The notes under the pieces are model-generated. The model did not search any database. It was not told the origin of the DNA and worked only from the letters and a program-made list of their open reading frames with translations. The position numbers were made by a program, and so were the translations under genes. From Bacteroidales bacterium (GTDB lineage Bacteria > Bacteroidota > Bacteroidia > Bacteroidales > UBA3663), in NCBI GenBank assembly GCA_045639585.1, contig JAZUDJ010000088.1, positions 562 through 64,561 on the forward strand: 64,000 nt of DNA. Reading direction: 5' to 3'. The number at the start of each line of letters is the position of its first letter. The stretch's first letter is position 1. Shown here one piece after another: positions 9,275-17,874 of this stretch.

Positions 9275-9875
9275 GAGGCAGGTCCTCAATGAGCAGATCT
9301 CCATGCTCCAGTTCCTGCAATATCACCTGCTTCAGCACCGCCCCTGTCGACCGCATCGAAGCCATATTATTCTTATTAATAGACTCGAACATCCTGACTC
9401 CCAGTGTCACAGCCACATCCATCGCAGCCTTGCACATCATCTTGCCGATGCCCTGCCCCTGATGTGCATGATCCACCATCTTGCCAAGATAAGTCTGTCC
9501 ATGCACAAATGATCGCAAGAAGAAATATCCTACAATCTCCTTTTTATCACTTTCCTCATAAGCCTCCGCCACAAACATCATAAACGACGTCCTTTTCAGC
9601 AACACCTTGAGTGATTCGACATCAAATCCATGAGGTCTGAAGAACTCAAAATCCCCCTCCGGCTGTTTCGCAAAAAACTGAGCCAACGCCTCCGCATCCG
9701 CCACCACAGCCTCTCGCAGCAGTACCTTCTCCGTACTGTTCTTCGCCAGCACTCCAGCAATCTTCTTCAGTGATTTGCGATACCTGATCCCGAAAGCAGC
9801 AGAATTCATCCCCTCCGCCACTTCCCAGAGCCATCCCATGTGGTCGCGCAGTAAATGTGCAAGTTTATATAGCAT
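9261..9875 (-). CDS. GNAT-family N-acetyltransferase
   Basis: HAHQGQGIGKMM (the Q/RxxGxG/A acetyl-CoA loop). Lies between the aminotransferase/initiating-transferase genes and the GT genes. Confidence 0.8.
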   Translation of the reverse strand: MLYKLAHLLRDHMGWLWEVAEGMNSAAFGIRYRKSLKKIAGVLAKNSTEKVLLREAVVADAEALAQFFAKQPEGDFEFFRPHGFDVESLKVLLKRTSFMMFVAEAYEESDKKEIVGYFFLRSFVHGQTYLGKMVDHAHQGQGIGKMMCKAAMDVAVTLGVRMFESINKNNMASMRSTGAVLKQVILQELEHGDLLIEDLPLSEE

Positions 9876-9888
9876 AATAATCAGCTGT

Positions 9889-10704
9889 TCAAATACTCAT
9901 TACCTTGATCTGGAGTCCACGCTTCGCCAAAAAACGATTCGCCCACTTAAACAAGTAATAAGTCAAGTTCTTTTTCCTTGGTTTCTCCAACATTCTAAGG
10001 TCGAGACGACCTTGATTGAAAGGCGTCCATGAATGGAAATGGAAATGGATACAAACCACATCATCCATTCCCTCATACTTAGGAGAATCGAAAAATCTGG
10101 CAGGATAGACATGGATGTCCTCTCGAAGCACTTCCTCCTTCCCTACCTCCAGAATTGGACCTCGATATCCATAGTTCTCCGAAGCAATCAATGTCTGAAT
10201 AAATGGCATCGGACGCATATCCATCCGTAACGCCTCAGGAAGCGTTAAGTTCTCCGACCTCACAAAATGACGCTCTCGGTAATAATCGACACATTCTTTG
10301 AGGAACGGATGTCCTTTCTCTGCGCCAAAACAATGAGAAGTCAGCAAGTTGGCATGCTGGCAACATCCTTCCAGCAGAAACTCCTCAGCATGTTCCTTTC
10401 CGATGAACATACGATGATGAAGGAACGAATCGAACGATTTATAAACCGCCACATCACCATCCAACCAGATTCCTCCCTGAGTGTATACAGCATACACACG
10501 TATTGCATCAGCCGCAAATGCCCACTTTCGAGCTGCCGCAGCCTCCTTGGCAAAAAGCAGACCTGAAGCTTCGAGCGCTTCCCGGTCCCAGCATACAAAG
10601 GTATAATCCTTCAGATGCTCCTGCCAGGTAGCCATCATCTCCTTAAATGATGCCGGCATCTCTTCTCCAGAAAACCAGCTATAATGAATGATCTTTGGTA
10701 TCAT
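9889..10704 (-). CDS. GT32-like glycosyltransferase (DXD sugar-binding region)
   Basis: MIPKIIHYSWFSGEEMP and GGIWLDGDV. Clear paralogue of 47211-48029. Confidence 0.8.
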   Translation of the reverse strand: MIPKIIHYSWFSGEEMPASFKEMMATWQEHLKDYTFVCWDREALEASGLLFAKEAAAARKWAFAADAIRVYAVYTQGGIWLDGDVAVYKSFDSFLHHRMFIGKEHAEEFLLEGCCQHANLLTSHCFGAEKGHPFLKECVDYYRERHFVRSENLTLPEALRMDMRPMPFIQTLIASENYGYRGPILEVGKEEVLREDIHVYPARFFDSPKYEGMDDVVCIHFHFHSWTPFNQGRLDLRMLEKPRKKNLTYYLFKWANRFLAKRGLQIKVMSI

Positions 10705-10710
10705 ACGTAG

Positions 10711-11721
10711 TTATGCATTACGTTTCAATCGAGGCAGAATCCACGGCACAAAGACATGCCGATAGCACCAGCCGCCAAGGGAATACCTGCCATAGCCAGC
10801 CATCATCCATCCCATACATTGCCCGACGCGACCTGCTTGGGTCAATGGCAGACCACCTACTTCTTGCATTTTATCTGTAATAGTGCGCCACTCCTGTCGA
10901 CAATAATTTGCCGATAAAGCGCGACTTAGACAAGGAATCATCTGCTGCTGGATATAGGTCTGCATCTTCTGCTGCAGTTCCAGAAGTCGTGTGCCATACT
11001 CTTTCATGCTCGTCATCATCTGCAGATAACTATCGACTATCCGACGCATCTTCTCCGGGTTGCGTGTCGTAGTCATCGAATCTGGCTCCACCACATACCT
11101 ATATATATTAGCGCGCACGGAGATCATCCTCGGATTCGCCATCATCAGATCCAAACAAAAAGCTGCATCATCACAAAGCGTATAGTTTCGGAATCGCACC
11201 TCATGACACATCACAAAGTTCTTTCGGATCAGCAACTGCCACACAAAATACGGCATCATCGTCTGGTAGAATCCATGGCCATCACCCGCATAGTCGATGC
11301 TCAGGTCTATCTCCGTAGGTTCTTTCCAATGCTTTCGGGAGTAGTCATCCATCGTACGCGAGGAGAATCGGATCAAATCAATCTCATCACTCCAGTGCTG
11401 TCGCAGTATAGCAGCATACGCTCCAGCCACCAGATAGTCATCTGCGTCGCAGAACGTTATGATCTCGCCTCGCGCCTCCTCAATGCCACGGTTCCTAGAG
11501 GCCGGACACCCTAAATTCTGAGGATTCTCAATCAGTCTTACCGACGCGCCCGATCTTCCTTCGTAGCTCCTTATGATCTCCTTCGATCCATCCGTCGAAC
11601 CATCGTCTACGCATACGATCTCCATCTCTTCCTCACTCAAACCCTGATTCAGCAACGATTCAAGGCAACGAGGCAAAAACTTCTCGGCATTATAGACAGG
11701 TACAATGACAGACAACAGCAT
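10711..11721 (-). CDS. glycosyltransferase family 2
   Basis: LSVIVPVYNAEKFL, VDDGSTDGS and FCDADDY. I prefer ATG at 11721; the ORF track begins at TTG 11727. Paralogue of 26166-27182. Confidence 0.85.
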   Translation of the reverse strand: MLLSVIVPVYNAEKFLPRCLESLLNQGLSEEEMEIVCVDDGSTDGSKEIIRSYEGRSGASVRLIENPQNLGCPASRNRGIEEARGEIITFCDADDYLVAGAYAAILRQHWSDEIDLIRFSSRTMDDYSRKHWKEPTEIDLSIDYAGDGHGFYQTMMPYFVWQLLIRKNFVMCHEVRFRNYTLCDDAAFCLDLMMANPRMISVRANIYRYVVEPDSMTTTRNPEKMRRIVDSYLQMMTSMKEYGTRLLELQQKMQTYIQQQMIPCLSRALSANYCRQEWRTITDKMQEVGGLPLTQAGRVGQCMGWMMAGYGRYSLGGWCYRHVFVPWILPRLKRNA

Positions 11722-11730
11722 CGGCAATTC

Positions 11731-11765
11731 TACCTTTTCACTATTAACTGTTAACTTTTATCTTA
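11731..11765 (-). repeat. degenerate heptamer array, 5 units, across a gene junction
   Basis: Plus strand TACCTTT TCACTAT TAACTGT TAACTTT TATCTTA. On the gene strand it supplies the C-terminus KIKVNS and three consecutive in-frame stops, TAA TAG TGA (11746-11738). Confidence 0.6.
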
Positions 11766-12880
11766 AGCGCATACCCTGGAATGCTTCTATATTCCTCCGA
11801 ATGCACAAATCGCCATGCATCCACCAATCCCTGCACAAAATAGATCGGTATCCTCAAATCAAGCAGCAGGACGCCAGCAATAATATTGACCAGCAGCAAC
11901 CACACACATTTCAGCACGAAAGCTGTAACAAGAGCGGCTTGAGACGAAGAATTTACTCCAAACTCCTCACTCTTCGAGCCCTCAGCTAAAGCTTCGTCTT
12001 CTCGCCAAGAGCATAAAAATGCTCTTGCTATTGGCTGCGAGGACCTCACTCCTAACTTAATTCTGTACCATATTATCGCAGACATCAGCGACCTGATATA
12101 ATACTTCTTATGCGTATGATGATACACCGAGCTTGCCGTCTTCGCATTGAGGTAATTCACTCCTGCATCATAGTTGAGCATGAGCTTACCTCCATTGACG
12201 AAGCACTTGAATGATTCCACCAGGTCATCACCGTATGCGAACTCCGAGAGCCGGTCCATCCATAGCTCATCCTCCCAGTGGAGTGATAGGAGCGAAGACC
12301 TCTTCCACATCACACACGGGCCATCCAGTTTCTGCGTTGGCAAACATAATCCAGAATCACACTTCTTAGCATCCCGAATCTCTGCAATCTTTCGCTTTGA
12401 GAGATAGCTGAACGCTCCCGTGCGAGTCACCTTATACGCCCACTTAACATCATAATGAGGAGCCACCCAGTTGGTCAGGATAGCAAAAGTCTTCAGACCA
12501 AGACTCATATCCTGATCCTTGAAACAGTCGGCACCCATCGCATCCACATCATGCGCCACCAAGCTCTTGAGCAATCGCTCTGCCGTATCCGGAGCCAGCT
12601 CCACATCGTCATCGAGCAATAGCAGATAAGGCGATGTCAATTCATCGTATGGCAATGCACGCTGTGCCACCATGCCCTTCTTGACATAGCGATACTCCTC
12701 ACGACCGATTGTTCCGTCCACGAACTTCACGCCACATGTCTCCGCCACATATACGATCACCCTCTCCGGCTGTATCGTCTGGCGAGCAATGGACTCCAGC
12801 TCCTGTCTGAACTTTTCTCCTGCCGTACCAAGTGTACGTATCGCTATCGAATATTTAGGTATCAATTCCTCACACCTCAT
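11744..12880 (-). CDS. GT-A fold (GT2-like) glycosyltransferase with a C-terminal membrane segment
   Basis: YSIAIRTLGTAGEKF and LLLLDDDVEL. Paralogue of 17871-18836 but 32 codons longer near the C-terminus. Confidence 0.7.
   Translation of the reverse strand: MRCEELIPKYSIAIRTLGTAGEKFRQELESIARQTIQPERVIVYVAETCGVKFVDGTIGREEYRYVKKGMVAQRALPYDELTSPYLLLLDDDVELAPDTAERLLKSLVAHDVDAMGADCFKDQDMSLGLKTFAILTNWVAPHYDVKWAYKVTRTGAFSYLSKRKIAEIRDAKKCDSGLCLPTQKLDGPCVMWKRSSLLSLHWEDELWMDRLSEFAYGDDLVESFKCFVNGGKLMLNYDAGVNYLNAKTASSVYHHTHKKYYIRSLMSAIIWYRIKLGVRSSQPIARAFLCSWREDEALAEGSKSEEFGVNSSSQAALVTAFVLKCVWLLLVNIIAGVLLLDLRIPIYFVQGLVDAWRFVHSEEYRSIPGYALKIKVNS
11953..12059 (-). repeat. composite insert: heptamer units at both ends plus a 9-bp hairpin
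   Basis: TTACTCC AAACTCC TCACTCT (11953-11973). Hairpin CAAGAGCAT-AAAA-ATGCTCTTG (12006-12027). TCACTCC TAACTTA (12046-12059). This corresponds to the extra peptide SQPIARAFLCSWREDEALAEGSKSEEFGVNSS that the paralogue lacks. Confidence 0.7.
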
Positions 12881-12897
12881 TCCTCGCTCCTAACTAT
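12863..12897 (-). repeat. heptamer array, 5 units, spanning a stop/start junction
   Basis: Plus strand CAATTCC TCACACC TCATTCC TCGCTCC TAACTAT. On the gene strand: AGT TAG GAGCGAGGA ATG AGG TGT GAG GAA TTG. The upstream stop, a 9-nt purine spacer and the downstream ATG all lie inside the array. Confidence 0.8.
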
Positions 12898-13591
12898 ATT
12901 GGGCCATCCCCAACATCTCCTGCACTCTGTGCCATACCTGTGTTATCTTGCTTCGATAGTACGCCATCTTCCCGTGAGGAGACTTCGTAAACCAATGGAT
13001 GCTGAACGTATTCTCCGTCTTCTTCAGCACTCCAGTCAGATCATTATACGGACACATCCAGTCTCGCGGCAGGATCTCCGCCTCCAGCACCTTTTGCCTC
13101 TCGCCATTAGTCTTTAGTCCATTGGCAAGCATGGCTTCCGTATTCAACTGCGGGCAACCCATGATCTCCGTCAAGTTCTCATACATTCCCAGCATCGCTT
13201 GCACAGCCGGATGATGAGCCGCAGCAGCAAAACCCAGACCCGTATTGATATACTCCTTAGTCTCCCAGCCAAACCAGGCCGACACCTCGTCCGACTCCAG
13301 CAGTTCCGTCGGTCTTCGCACCAGCTCTACATCCGTATCGAAGTAGAAACCACCTTCATGCTCCACCACGATCAGTCGTACCACATCGCTCAAATAGGCC
13401 CAACGCCTCTGCTCATACGCCATCTTGGCATACGGGTGGCAATTCACATCGAAGTTCTGCTCATTCCACTCCTTGATTTCAAAGTCTGGCAAGTACTTCT
13501 TCCAGCTCTCGATGCATTTCTTGGCCGATGCTGGTAACGGATTACCACCGAACCAACAATAATGTATTATCTTCGGAATCATCTGAAACAA
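12890..13591 (-). CDS. GT32-like glycosyltransferase (DXD sugar-binding region)
   Basis: MIPKIIHYCWFGGNPLP and FYFDTDVEL. Confidence 0.75.
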   Translation of the reverse strand: MFQMIPKIIHYCWFGGNPLPASAKKCIESWKKYLPDFEIKEWNEQNFDVNCHPYAKMAYEQRRWAYLSDVVRLIVVEHEGGFYFDTDVELVRRPTELLESDEVSAWFGWETKEYINTGLGFAAAAHHPAVQAMLGMYENLTEIMGCPQLNTEAMLANGLKTNGERQKVLEAEILPRDWMCPYNDLTGVLKKTENTFSIHWFTKSPHGKMAYYRSKITQVWHRVQEMLGMAQYS

Positions 13592-14250
13592 ATCGTAAAT
13601 AGGCTCTTGGCGTAGCTATCAGCCAGCAAATAGTAATATCGGACAAGAGACAAGTTGCTCCGGTTCATTCGGATCGCCGTCCTTCCCTGCCTGCGTCTCA
13701 ATAAATATTTCTCCTTATCATACTTCTCTGGTCTTCGATAGATAATCAGCGGTTCCTGCAGGAATCCGAAAGTCGAAATCTTTCGCGTCCTCGTCCACAG
13801 ATCCCAGTCCTCGCACCCATCGCACTCACTCCGGTAAGGATGCTCACGGAACCACTCCGTCCGTCCCATCACCGACGGATGGATGAACGTCCATTCTCCT
13901 GCTCCCGTGCCACACACATCCACCTCGGGATGCTCCTGCAGATACTTTACCTGTAATGCCAGTCGCTCCGGCAGCATCACATCATCTGCATCCATACGCG
14001 CGAAGTACTCTCCCCGCGCCATCGCCACCTGCTGGTTCAGTCGATAAGAAATACCATGATGTTCTCCATCAACCTGCAGAACAATTCGGTCATCCTTCAA
14101 ATACTCCTTAATGATTTCAACCGAACAGTCAGACGAACCATCATCAGTAATGAAGAGTTCCCAATCCTCATACGTCTGAGCCAGAACAGACTCAATTGCC
14201 TCTCCTATCCATTTCTCTGCATTATAAACCGGAAGACCAATTATAATCAT
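13579..14250 (-). CDS. glycosyltransferase family 2 (short form)
   Basis: IIGLPVYNAEKWI, ITDDGSSDCS and ARMDADDV. Confidence 0.8.
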   Translation of the reverse strand: MIIIGLPVYNAEKWIGEAIESVLAQTYEDWELFITDDGSSDCSVEIIKEYLKDDRIVLQVDGEHHGISYRLNQQVAMARGEYFARMDADDVMLPERLALQVKYLQEHPEVDVCGTGAGEWTFIHPSVMGRTEWFREHPYRSECDGCEDWDLWTRTRKISTFGFLQEPLIIYRRPEKYDKEKYLLRRRQGRTAIRMNRSNLSLVRYYYLLADSYAKSLFTICFR

Positions 14251-14301
14251 CAGAAATCTCTATCGGCAAGAAAAATTACAAAAATCGCTTAAAAGCATTT
14301 A

Positions 14302-14323
14302 TTTTTGCCGATACCGGCAAAAA
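14302..14323. terminator. weak A/T-extended hairpin in an 84-bp intergenic gap
   Basis: TTTTTGCCG-ATAC-CGGCAAAAA. Only 4 G:C pairs, so it is a weak candidate. Confidence 0.3.
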
Positions 14324-14334
14324 TCATAGTCGAA

Positions 14335-15600
14335 TTACTCACACAGCTTATAGATCTTCTCGATCTCCGACTCATTGCCATAATCATGCTCTGACAGATA
14401 CTCAGTCAATGAGCTCAGCAACTTCTCATCCTTGATTACCTTAATCATCGCCTCAGCACACGCCTCACGCTCCAATGGCACAATCACTCCATCCACACCA
14501 TCCTGCACCTGCGACGGCGCCGTAGGATAATGCGTCACAATCACCGGCTTGCACAATATCTGCGCCTCCCTCACCGTAATGCTTTTCCCTTCATACCGCG
14601 AAGGCTGTACATAGATATCGCACGTACGGATATATGGATAAGGATTCGACTGCTTGCCAAGTAGAATCACGTGCTCCTCCATCCCTTCCTTGCGAATCTC
14701 ATCCCTCACCTGTTGCTCAATCTCAGGACTTCCGTAGCCGATAATGTACCACTTGACATTCCTACCTCCAAACTCTTCACTCTTACTTATGTCGTCGACC
14801 AATCGCCGACATAAGTAAGGAATGTCTTCCATCTTCTTAGCCTTCGAGTATCGTCCTATCGTCAAGAGCTTTAAATAATGATCCTGCTCAAATATAGGGC
14901 AAGACTCCTGACTTCTCTGACGAATAAAACGCGGAGATAGAATATTCTCGATATCAATAATCTTATTTTTCAAAGAAGGGAATACCTCCACGAACTTAGC
15001 CGATACATCAGGAGAAATAGAAGAGATCACATCCAGACGCTCCCACATGCGCAGCTCCATCTCCCGATTGATGAATACATTCGTATAGTCCGTGTGGATC
15101 CATCCAAGCTTCTTCTTCGCACGGACTTTATCCAGTACAATATAATGAGGTGTCAGAAACGAAATTGCCAGATCATATTCCACCTCAGGATTAATCTTCG
15201 GCAAACACTTCACAGTCCTATGCTGCTGAAACACAACATGCGCATTACTCTCCAGCCCCTTAACATTACGCTTCAGATATCTCTTATCCTCCCATCTACC
15301 CCAAAGTCGAGCAAGAGCCAGTCGCCAGTATCCTTTCTTTATCAGCAACGCTATCGGCTCTTCCAGCATCGCATAAGCCTCCACCTCCGGCAGCAATCTA
15401 AATCTAGGGACAATCTGGCATTCCTCACTCCTCACTCCACACTCCTCACTAATATAATGCATCAACTCCCCTCTATGCGCATAAATAAAAACATCCACCT
15501 CTGAACGAACAGGATCCACACTCTGCAGCAAGCCGAGAAGTGCCATCTCAGCACCACCCAGCTCCATATAATGCATCGCTATAAGAATCTTCGGCCTCAT
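14335..15600 (-). CDS. glycosyltransferase family 4
   Basis: IYVQPSRYEGKSITVREAQILCKPVIVT. Carries two repeat insertions (14763-14819 and 15418-15452). Confidence 0.8.
   Translation of the reverse strand: MRPKILIAMHYMELGGAEMALLGLLQSVDPVRSEVDVFIYAHRGELMHYISEECGVRSEECQIVPRFRLLPEVEAYAMLEEPIALLIKKGYWRLALARLWGRWEDKRYLKRNVKGLESNAHVVFQQHRTVKCLPKINPEVEYDLAISFLTPHYIVLDKVRAKKKLGWIHTDYTNVFINREMELRMWERLDVISSISPDVSAKFVEVFPSLKNKIIDIENILSPRFIRQRSQESCPIFEQDHYLKLLTIGRYSKAKKMEDIPYLCRRLVDDISKSEEFGGRNVKWYIIGYGSPEIEQQVRDEIRKEGMEEHVILLGKQSNPYPYIRTCDIYVQPSRYEGKSITVREAQILCKPVIVTHYPTAPSQVQDGVDGVIVPLEREACAEAMIKVIKDEKLLSSLTEYLSEHDYGNESEIEKIYKLCE
14763..14819 (-). repeat. heptamer units fused to a 13-bp perfect hairpin inside the GT4 ORF
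   Basis: TACCTCC AAACTCT TCACTCT (14763-14783). Hairpin CTTACTTATGTCG (14782-14794) / CGACATAAGTAAG (14807-14819). Translated as PYLCRRLVDDISKSEEFGGRN. Confidence 0.75.
15418..15452 (-). repeat. heptamer tandem array, 5 units, inside the GT4 ORF (sense)
   Basis: Plus strand GCATTCC TCACTCC TCACTCC ACACTCC TCACTAA. Translated as ISEECGVRSEEC. The reverse complement of 15427-15446 equals 23100-23119. Confidence 0.85.
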
Positions 15601-15636
15601 GGAATATTAGTTTTTCTTCGTTATGGGATTATTTAC

Positions 15637-15671
15637 GAACTCCTCACTCCTAGTTCCTCACTCTTCATTAA
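15637..15671 (-). repeat. heptamer tandem array, 5 units, filling an intergenic gap
   Basis: Plus strand GAACTCC TCACTCC TAGTTCC TCACTCT TCATTAA. The reverse complement of 15638-15667 matches 21994-22023 at 28/30. Confidence 0.85.
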
Positions 15672-15672
15672 T

Positions 15673-16794
15673 TTAGAGTTTTCCAATCAAGAACATAAAT
15701 AATGTAAATCCCGCATGCAGCAGCAAGAACAATCCAATCTTGCGATCCTGATCATCCCAAATATGCAAACGGATTAAGCCATACGCTAGCACCAATGGAT
15801 AAAGAAACCAGGAAAGATAAGCAAAACGATTACTGAAATTCACACGAATTACTAAAATCCAAATACTATTAGCCAAAAGATAGGTTACGGCCAAGTAGTC
15901 AAAAATACGTTCTCGGATTTTCTTCTTGATATTAACATAGTATATTAGCAATACTGGCATGGCACTATATAACAAAAAGTCCCAGCGGAAGCCAGTACGA
16001 GAGAACCCCGCCTCTGTAGTATGACCAACTGCATAATCAGCATATTTTGCTTCACCAGCCATCAAACTTCCTAAGTGGCTCGTAAAGAAGCCTCCTGCCA
16101 CAAGTGACAGTCCAATAGATGCCACCCAAATCATCAGAGCATATTTTGGATTCTTTATAATATACAAAGCAGTAACAGCGCAAACAATAGGAATAATTGT
16201 AGACTTATGAATTGACAAAACCAAATATGCGATAATCGCTGCTAATAAAAGTTGCATTTTATTACCATTAGCCCGTATTGCGATTGTCATTGCCGCCATT
16301 ACTATAGCGCAGGCTAAACCATTACGAACGCCATTCACTGCAAACACATAAAACTCAAAAGCAGAAAGAATAAATAGCATCGCTATCCATACATTTTCCC
16401 ATAATAGTTTCCGGCAAGCCCAATATTGCAAATAGATATAGCCAATCGCACAAACTAAAAAAAAGATCTGCTCACTCATCCCCAAATTAATGAGCACTTG
16501 TTGAATCCAGGAAAAGACCCATTCTCCCTTGTCCTCAATAGCCGCTCCAGATATTAATCCTGCTCGATACCCACGCGCATAAGTGACCATATCTCCGAAC
16601 ATCCAATGCGTTGGTCGCAATCCCAAATATAAAATAACCAACACACTTAATAAAAGAGCTGGAACAAAAGTATTTTGCTGAAGTAAAAGCTTATTATTAG
16701 GAGATGCTGAATATCGTATAAACACAAACCCACATAGGGCAAAAGCTACCCAATAATAAACTTGAGAATAAATAAAAGGAGAAATCCCAAACAT
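15673..16794 (-). CDS. EpsG-family / Wzy-like polysaccharide polymerase (polytopic membrane protein)
   Basis: 373 aa and hydrophobic throughout (about 10-11 predicted helices). Positioned among GT genes. The assignment rests on architecture and context only. Confidence 0.6.
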   Translation of the reverse strand: MFGISPFIYSQVYYWVAFALCGFVFIRYSASPNNKLLLQQNTFVPALLLSVLVILYLGLRPTHWMFGDMVTYARGYRAGLISGAAIEDKGEWVFSWIQQVLINLGMSEQIFFLVCAIGYIYLQYWACRKLLWENVWIAMLFILSAFEFYVFAVNGVRNGLACAIVMAAMTIAIRANGNKMQLLLAAIIAYLVLSIHKSTIIPIVCAVTALYIIKNPKYALMIWVASIGLSLVAGGFFTSHLGSLMAGEAKYADYAVGHTTEAGFSRTGFRWDFLLYSAMPVLLIYYVNIKKKIRERIFDYLAVTYLLANSIWILVIRVNFSNRFAYLSWFLYPLVLAYGLIRLHIWDDQDRKIGLFLLLHAGFTLFMFLIGKL

Positions 16795-16806
16795 AGATAG
16801 AATGAA

Positions 16807-17874
16807 TTAATTCGTTTCAGAAATGTACAAGATGGCATATTGCTCTGCCATTTTTCCTATATCAAATTTCTGTGCACGTGCAAAACAGTTAGTACCTACT
16901 TCAACAGCATAGTGTTTATCGGTGCAGCATTGACGAATCTTGAATGCTAAAGAATCCGAGTCTTGGTGCGGGAAAAGGATTCCTGCCCCTGAAACGATAT
17001 CATGAAGTCCCTCGACATCACTAGCGATAAAAGGTTTGCCAGATGCCAACCCCTCTATAGAGGACAAAGATAAACCCTCATAATGAGACGAAAGCACCAC
17101 AACATCGCTACAAGCAAGTATTTCAGGAATATCACTACGATTGCCCAAGAAGAAAATCCTATCACCAGAAGCGAACTGCTTTGCAAATTTTTCCGTTTCG
17201 TTGCGAAGCTCACCTTCTCCGACTAATTGTAAGATATAATCATTAGGCAACAGATCAAAAGCCTTAATCAACGTCTTATGATCTTTCTGTGCTCGAAATG
17301 CAGCCACCATAGTAATGACTTTTTTGCCATCAGTTCTTTTCTCTTGAGGGGTATCCATTTGAAATCGCCTCAAATCAATGCCATTATAAATAGTAACTAT
17401 CTTTTCTGACTCGCCGATGTAGTCCACCAGATTCTTCCGAGCCTGGTCTGAAATGCAGATTATTTTCTTATATTGACAATACATCCACAGATCACCTAGT
17501 TTTAGATACCATTTACCACGCCTACGATTCGTTGTATTATGCTCTGTAGTCAATAATGAAACCTTAGGGAGAAACACACCTGCCATAGCCACAAACAGCT
17601 GACAAGCAGTATTATGAGTATGCACTACATCATAATTCTTGATAAGCGAGAAAAGCGAAAAGATATTGCGTGGATCATAAACACTTCCTCCAAGACGCAA
17701 AGGAATTATCTTTATGCCTTCATTCTCCAGATCTTGATAAAACGCTGTCCTAATACCATCAAACACACAAAGATCCACCTCATGACCCATATCACGAAGC
17801 CTTGGCAGAAGATCTACCATCAATTTTTCTGCACCTCCTGTGCGTAGGGAAGTTATAACGTGCAGGATCTTCAT
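16807..17874 (-). CDS. glycosyltransferase family 4
   Basis: VVVLSSHYEGLSLSSIEGLASGKPFIASDVEG, plus N-terminal ITSLRTGGAEK. Confidence 0.85.
   Translation of the reverse strand: MKILHVITSLRTGGAEKLMVDLLPRLRDMGHEVDLCVFDGIRTAFYQDLENEGIKIIPLRLGGSVYDPRNIFSLFSLIKNYDVVHTHNTACQLFVAMAGVFLPKVSLLTTEHNTTNRRRGKWYLKLGDLWMYCQYKKIICISDQARKNLVDYIGESEKIVTIYNGIDLRRFQMDTPQEKRTDGKKVITMVAAFRAQKDHKTLIKAFDLLPNDYILQLVGEGELRNETEKFAKQFASGDRIFFLGNRSDIPEILACSDVVVLSSHYEGLSLSSIEGLASGKPFIASDVEGLHDIVSGAGILFPHQDSDSLAFKIRQCCTDKHYAVEVGTNCFARAQKFDIGKMAEQYAILYISETN

Noticed and set aside
10031-10050. Perfect tandem hexamer AATGGA x3 (encodes HFHFH) in GT32 gene 9889-10704
   Set aside because: It is in frame with a 6-nt period, short, and has no other copies in the window. 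It is probably a trivial local duplication.
12281-12300. GGAGTGATAGGAGCGAAG heptamer-like stretch inside 11744-12880
   Set aside because: The encoded SSLLSLHWEDE aligns with DTLLNLHLEDE in the paralogue 17871-18836, so it is ancestral protein sequence that resembles the repeat by chance.
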